The notes under the pieces: generated by a model | Seen by the model: only the letters and a program-made list of their open reading frames with translations | Databases searched by the model: none | Told to the model about the DNA's origin: nothing | Assembly (NCBI GenBank): GCA_009693105.1 | Contig: SHXV01000003.1 | Coordinates: forward strand, 1 to 57,068 | DNA length: 57,068 bases | Source: Dehalococcoidia bacterium | GTDB taxonomy: Bacteria > Chloroflexota > Dehalococcoidia > SHXV01 | Direction of reading: 5' to 3' | Made by a program: the position numbers and the translations under genes | In this document: in pieces, positions 56,012-57,068 of the stretch | How the letters are laid out: every line of letters begins with the position of its first letter | Numbering within the stretch: position 1 is the first letter of the stretch

Positions 56012-57068
56012 CTAACCCGCCGTGGGGGGCGTCGGCCGCGTGAACCGGGGCACTTTGATCAGCGCCAGGAGCAGGGCAGCGATCAAGACGATGATCCCGG
56101 AGGTCGCGAACGCGCCCTGCGGACCCCACTGGTTCACCACCAATCCCGCCAGGATAGGCGAAGGAAGGGTGACAACCTGCCCCAGCAATGATGTCACTCC
56201 CATGGTGGAGGCCTGCACCCGCTCGCTTGCCACGTCCATGATCGCCGCCTGGTTGACGGTGGCCAGCGCATAGAAGAACAGCCCCATGGCGCCCACCACC
56301 AGTCCGAACTCGATGCCAGGGGCGGCTACGGCGAGCGCCAAATACAGGAGGCCGAACACGATCAGGCTGGGCAGCAATACCGCCTTTCGACCGAACCGGT
56401 CGGACAGCCGGCCGAGGATAGGCTGGGATACCGCGCCCATGACATAGAGCAGCGAGATGTGCACCCCGAGCAGAAAGATGGAGTAGCCCAGGTCCTCTTT
56501 GAGGTAGACAGGAAAGAAGGTCAGAGTGATCAGGCTGGCCATACTGGTGCACACGGTAACCCCGATAATCGCCAGGACGATCCGATGACGCAGCATGCTC
56601 TTCACGTCGGTCACGTATGCCCGGAGCGTGGGCCGGGTGCCGGACTGGTCCCGAAAGGCGCCGTCCAGGCCGCGCCAGAATGCGAAGCCCAGCACCACGG
56701 CGGGGATCAGCATCAGGGTCAGCATGTTCCGCCAGCCCATCAGGAGAAGCAGGCCGCCGATGGCAATAGGGGAGATCGCATCGGCGATGCTGGCCCCGCT
56801 GCCGTGGATCGCCAGCGCGCTGGCCCTCCGGTCCGGGTAGCGCATGGAAATGGCGGCCATGGCGCTGGGGTGCCACAGCGCCGTCCCTATCCCCAGGAAG
56901 CACACCGCGGGCAGCAGCCAATGATAGGTCGGGGCCTGAGCTACCAGCGCATAGCCGATGCCGAAGGCCAAAAGGGCGCCGCCGAGGATCAGCGCAGTCC
57001 TGCGCCGGGCAAAGTCCGCCAGGATGCCGGAGGGGAACATCAACGGCCCCGTGGTGAGCTGCCTCACG
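56012..57068 (-). CDS. MFS transporter (Fsr-like), 5'-truncated by the window edge
   Basis: GILADFARR, GIGTALWHP, GRLSDRFGRK. Confidence 0.9.
   Translation of the reverse strand, partial: VRQLTTGPLMFPSGILADFARRRTALILGGALLAFGIGYALVAQAPTYHWLLPAVCFLGIGTALWHPSAMAAISMRYPDRRASALAIHGSGASIADAISPIAIGGLLLLMGWRNMLTLMLIPAVVLGFAFWRGLDGAFRDQSGTRPTLRAYVTDVKSMLRHRIVLAIIGVTVCTSMASLITLTFFPVYLKEDLGYSIFLLGVHISLLYVMGAVSQPILGRLSDRFGRKAVLLPSLIVFGLLYLALAVAAPGIEFGLVVGAMGLFFYALATVNQAAIMDVASERVQASTMGVTSLLGQVVTLPSPILAGLVVNQWGPQGAFATSGIIVLIAALLLALIKVPRFTRPTPPTAG

Overview
A 57-kb high-GC bacterial chromosomal segment. The gene content suggests Chloroflexota, possibly Dehalococcoidia-like; this is inference only. Intact housekeeping genes include rluB, nhaA, acnA, rnc, smc, asnB, glnA and a DEAD-box helicase, plus four tRNAs (Asn-GTT, Gln-TTG, Leu-CAA, Gly-GCC). 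A visibly more A/T-rich, co-oriented catabolic cluster (about 13.0-23.6 kb) abuts the tRNA cluster. It holds 2 amidohydrolases, a Tat-lipoprotein solute-binding protein, an SDR, a Cys-less thiolase plus DUF35 partner, a fused double CoA-transferase, a cupin and a crotonase. Two further family-III CoA-transferase pairs and at least six decayed genes or remnants lie elsewhere. The most unusual parts are: (i) a 2.8-kb locus at 52.7-55.5 kb where an RRM protein and the DEAD-box helicase bracket two paralogous CxH(H/R)W...CKxCG zinc micro-proteins and two Lys-rich micro-peptides missing from the ORF track, with a structured helicase leader; (ii) a structured non-coding region between tRNA-Leu and tRNA-Gly containing a 6S-RNA-like candidate, whose core motif recurs upstream of asnB; (iii) a stand-alone PD-(D/E)xK + RNase H-like nuclease; (iv) a GSI-beta glnA with Phe at the adenylylation Tyr and a GlnR-box-like direct repeat. 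I saw no CRISPR array, integrase, transposase or prophage.
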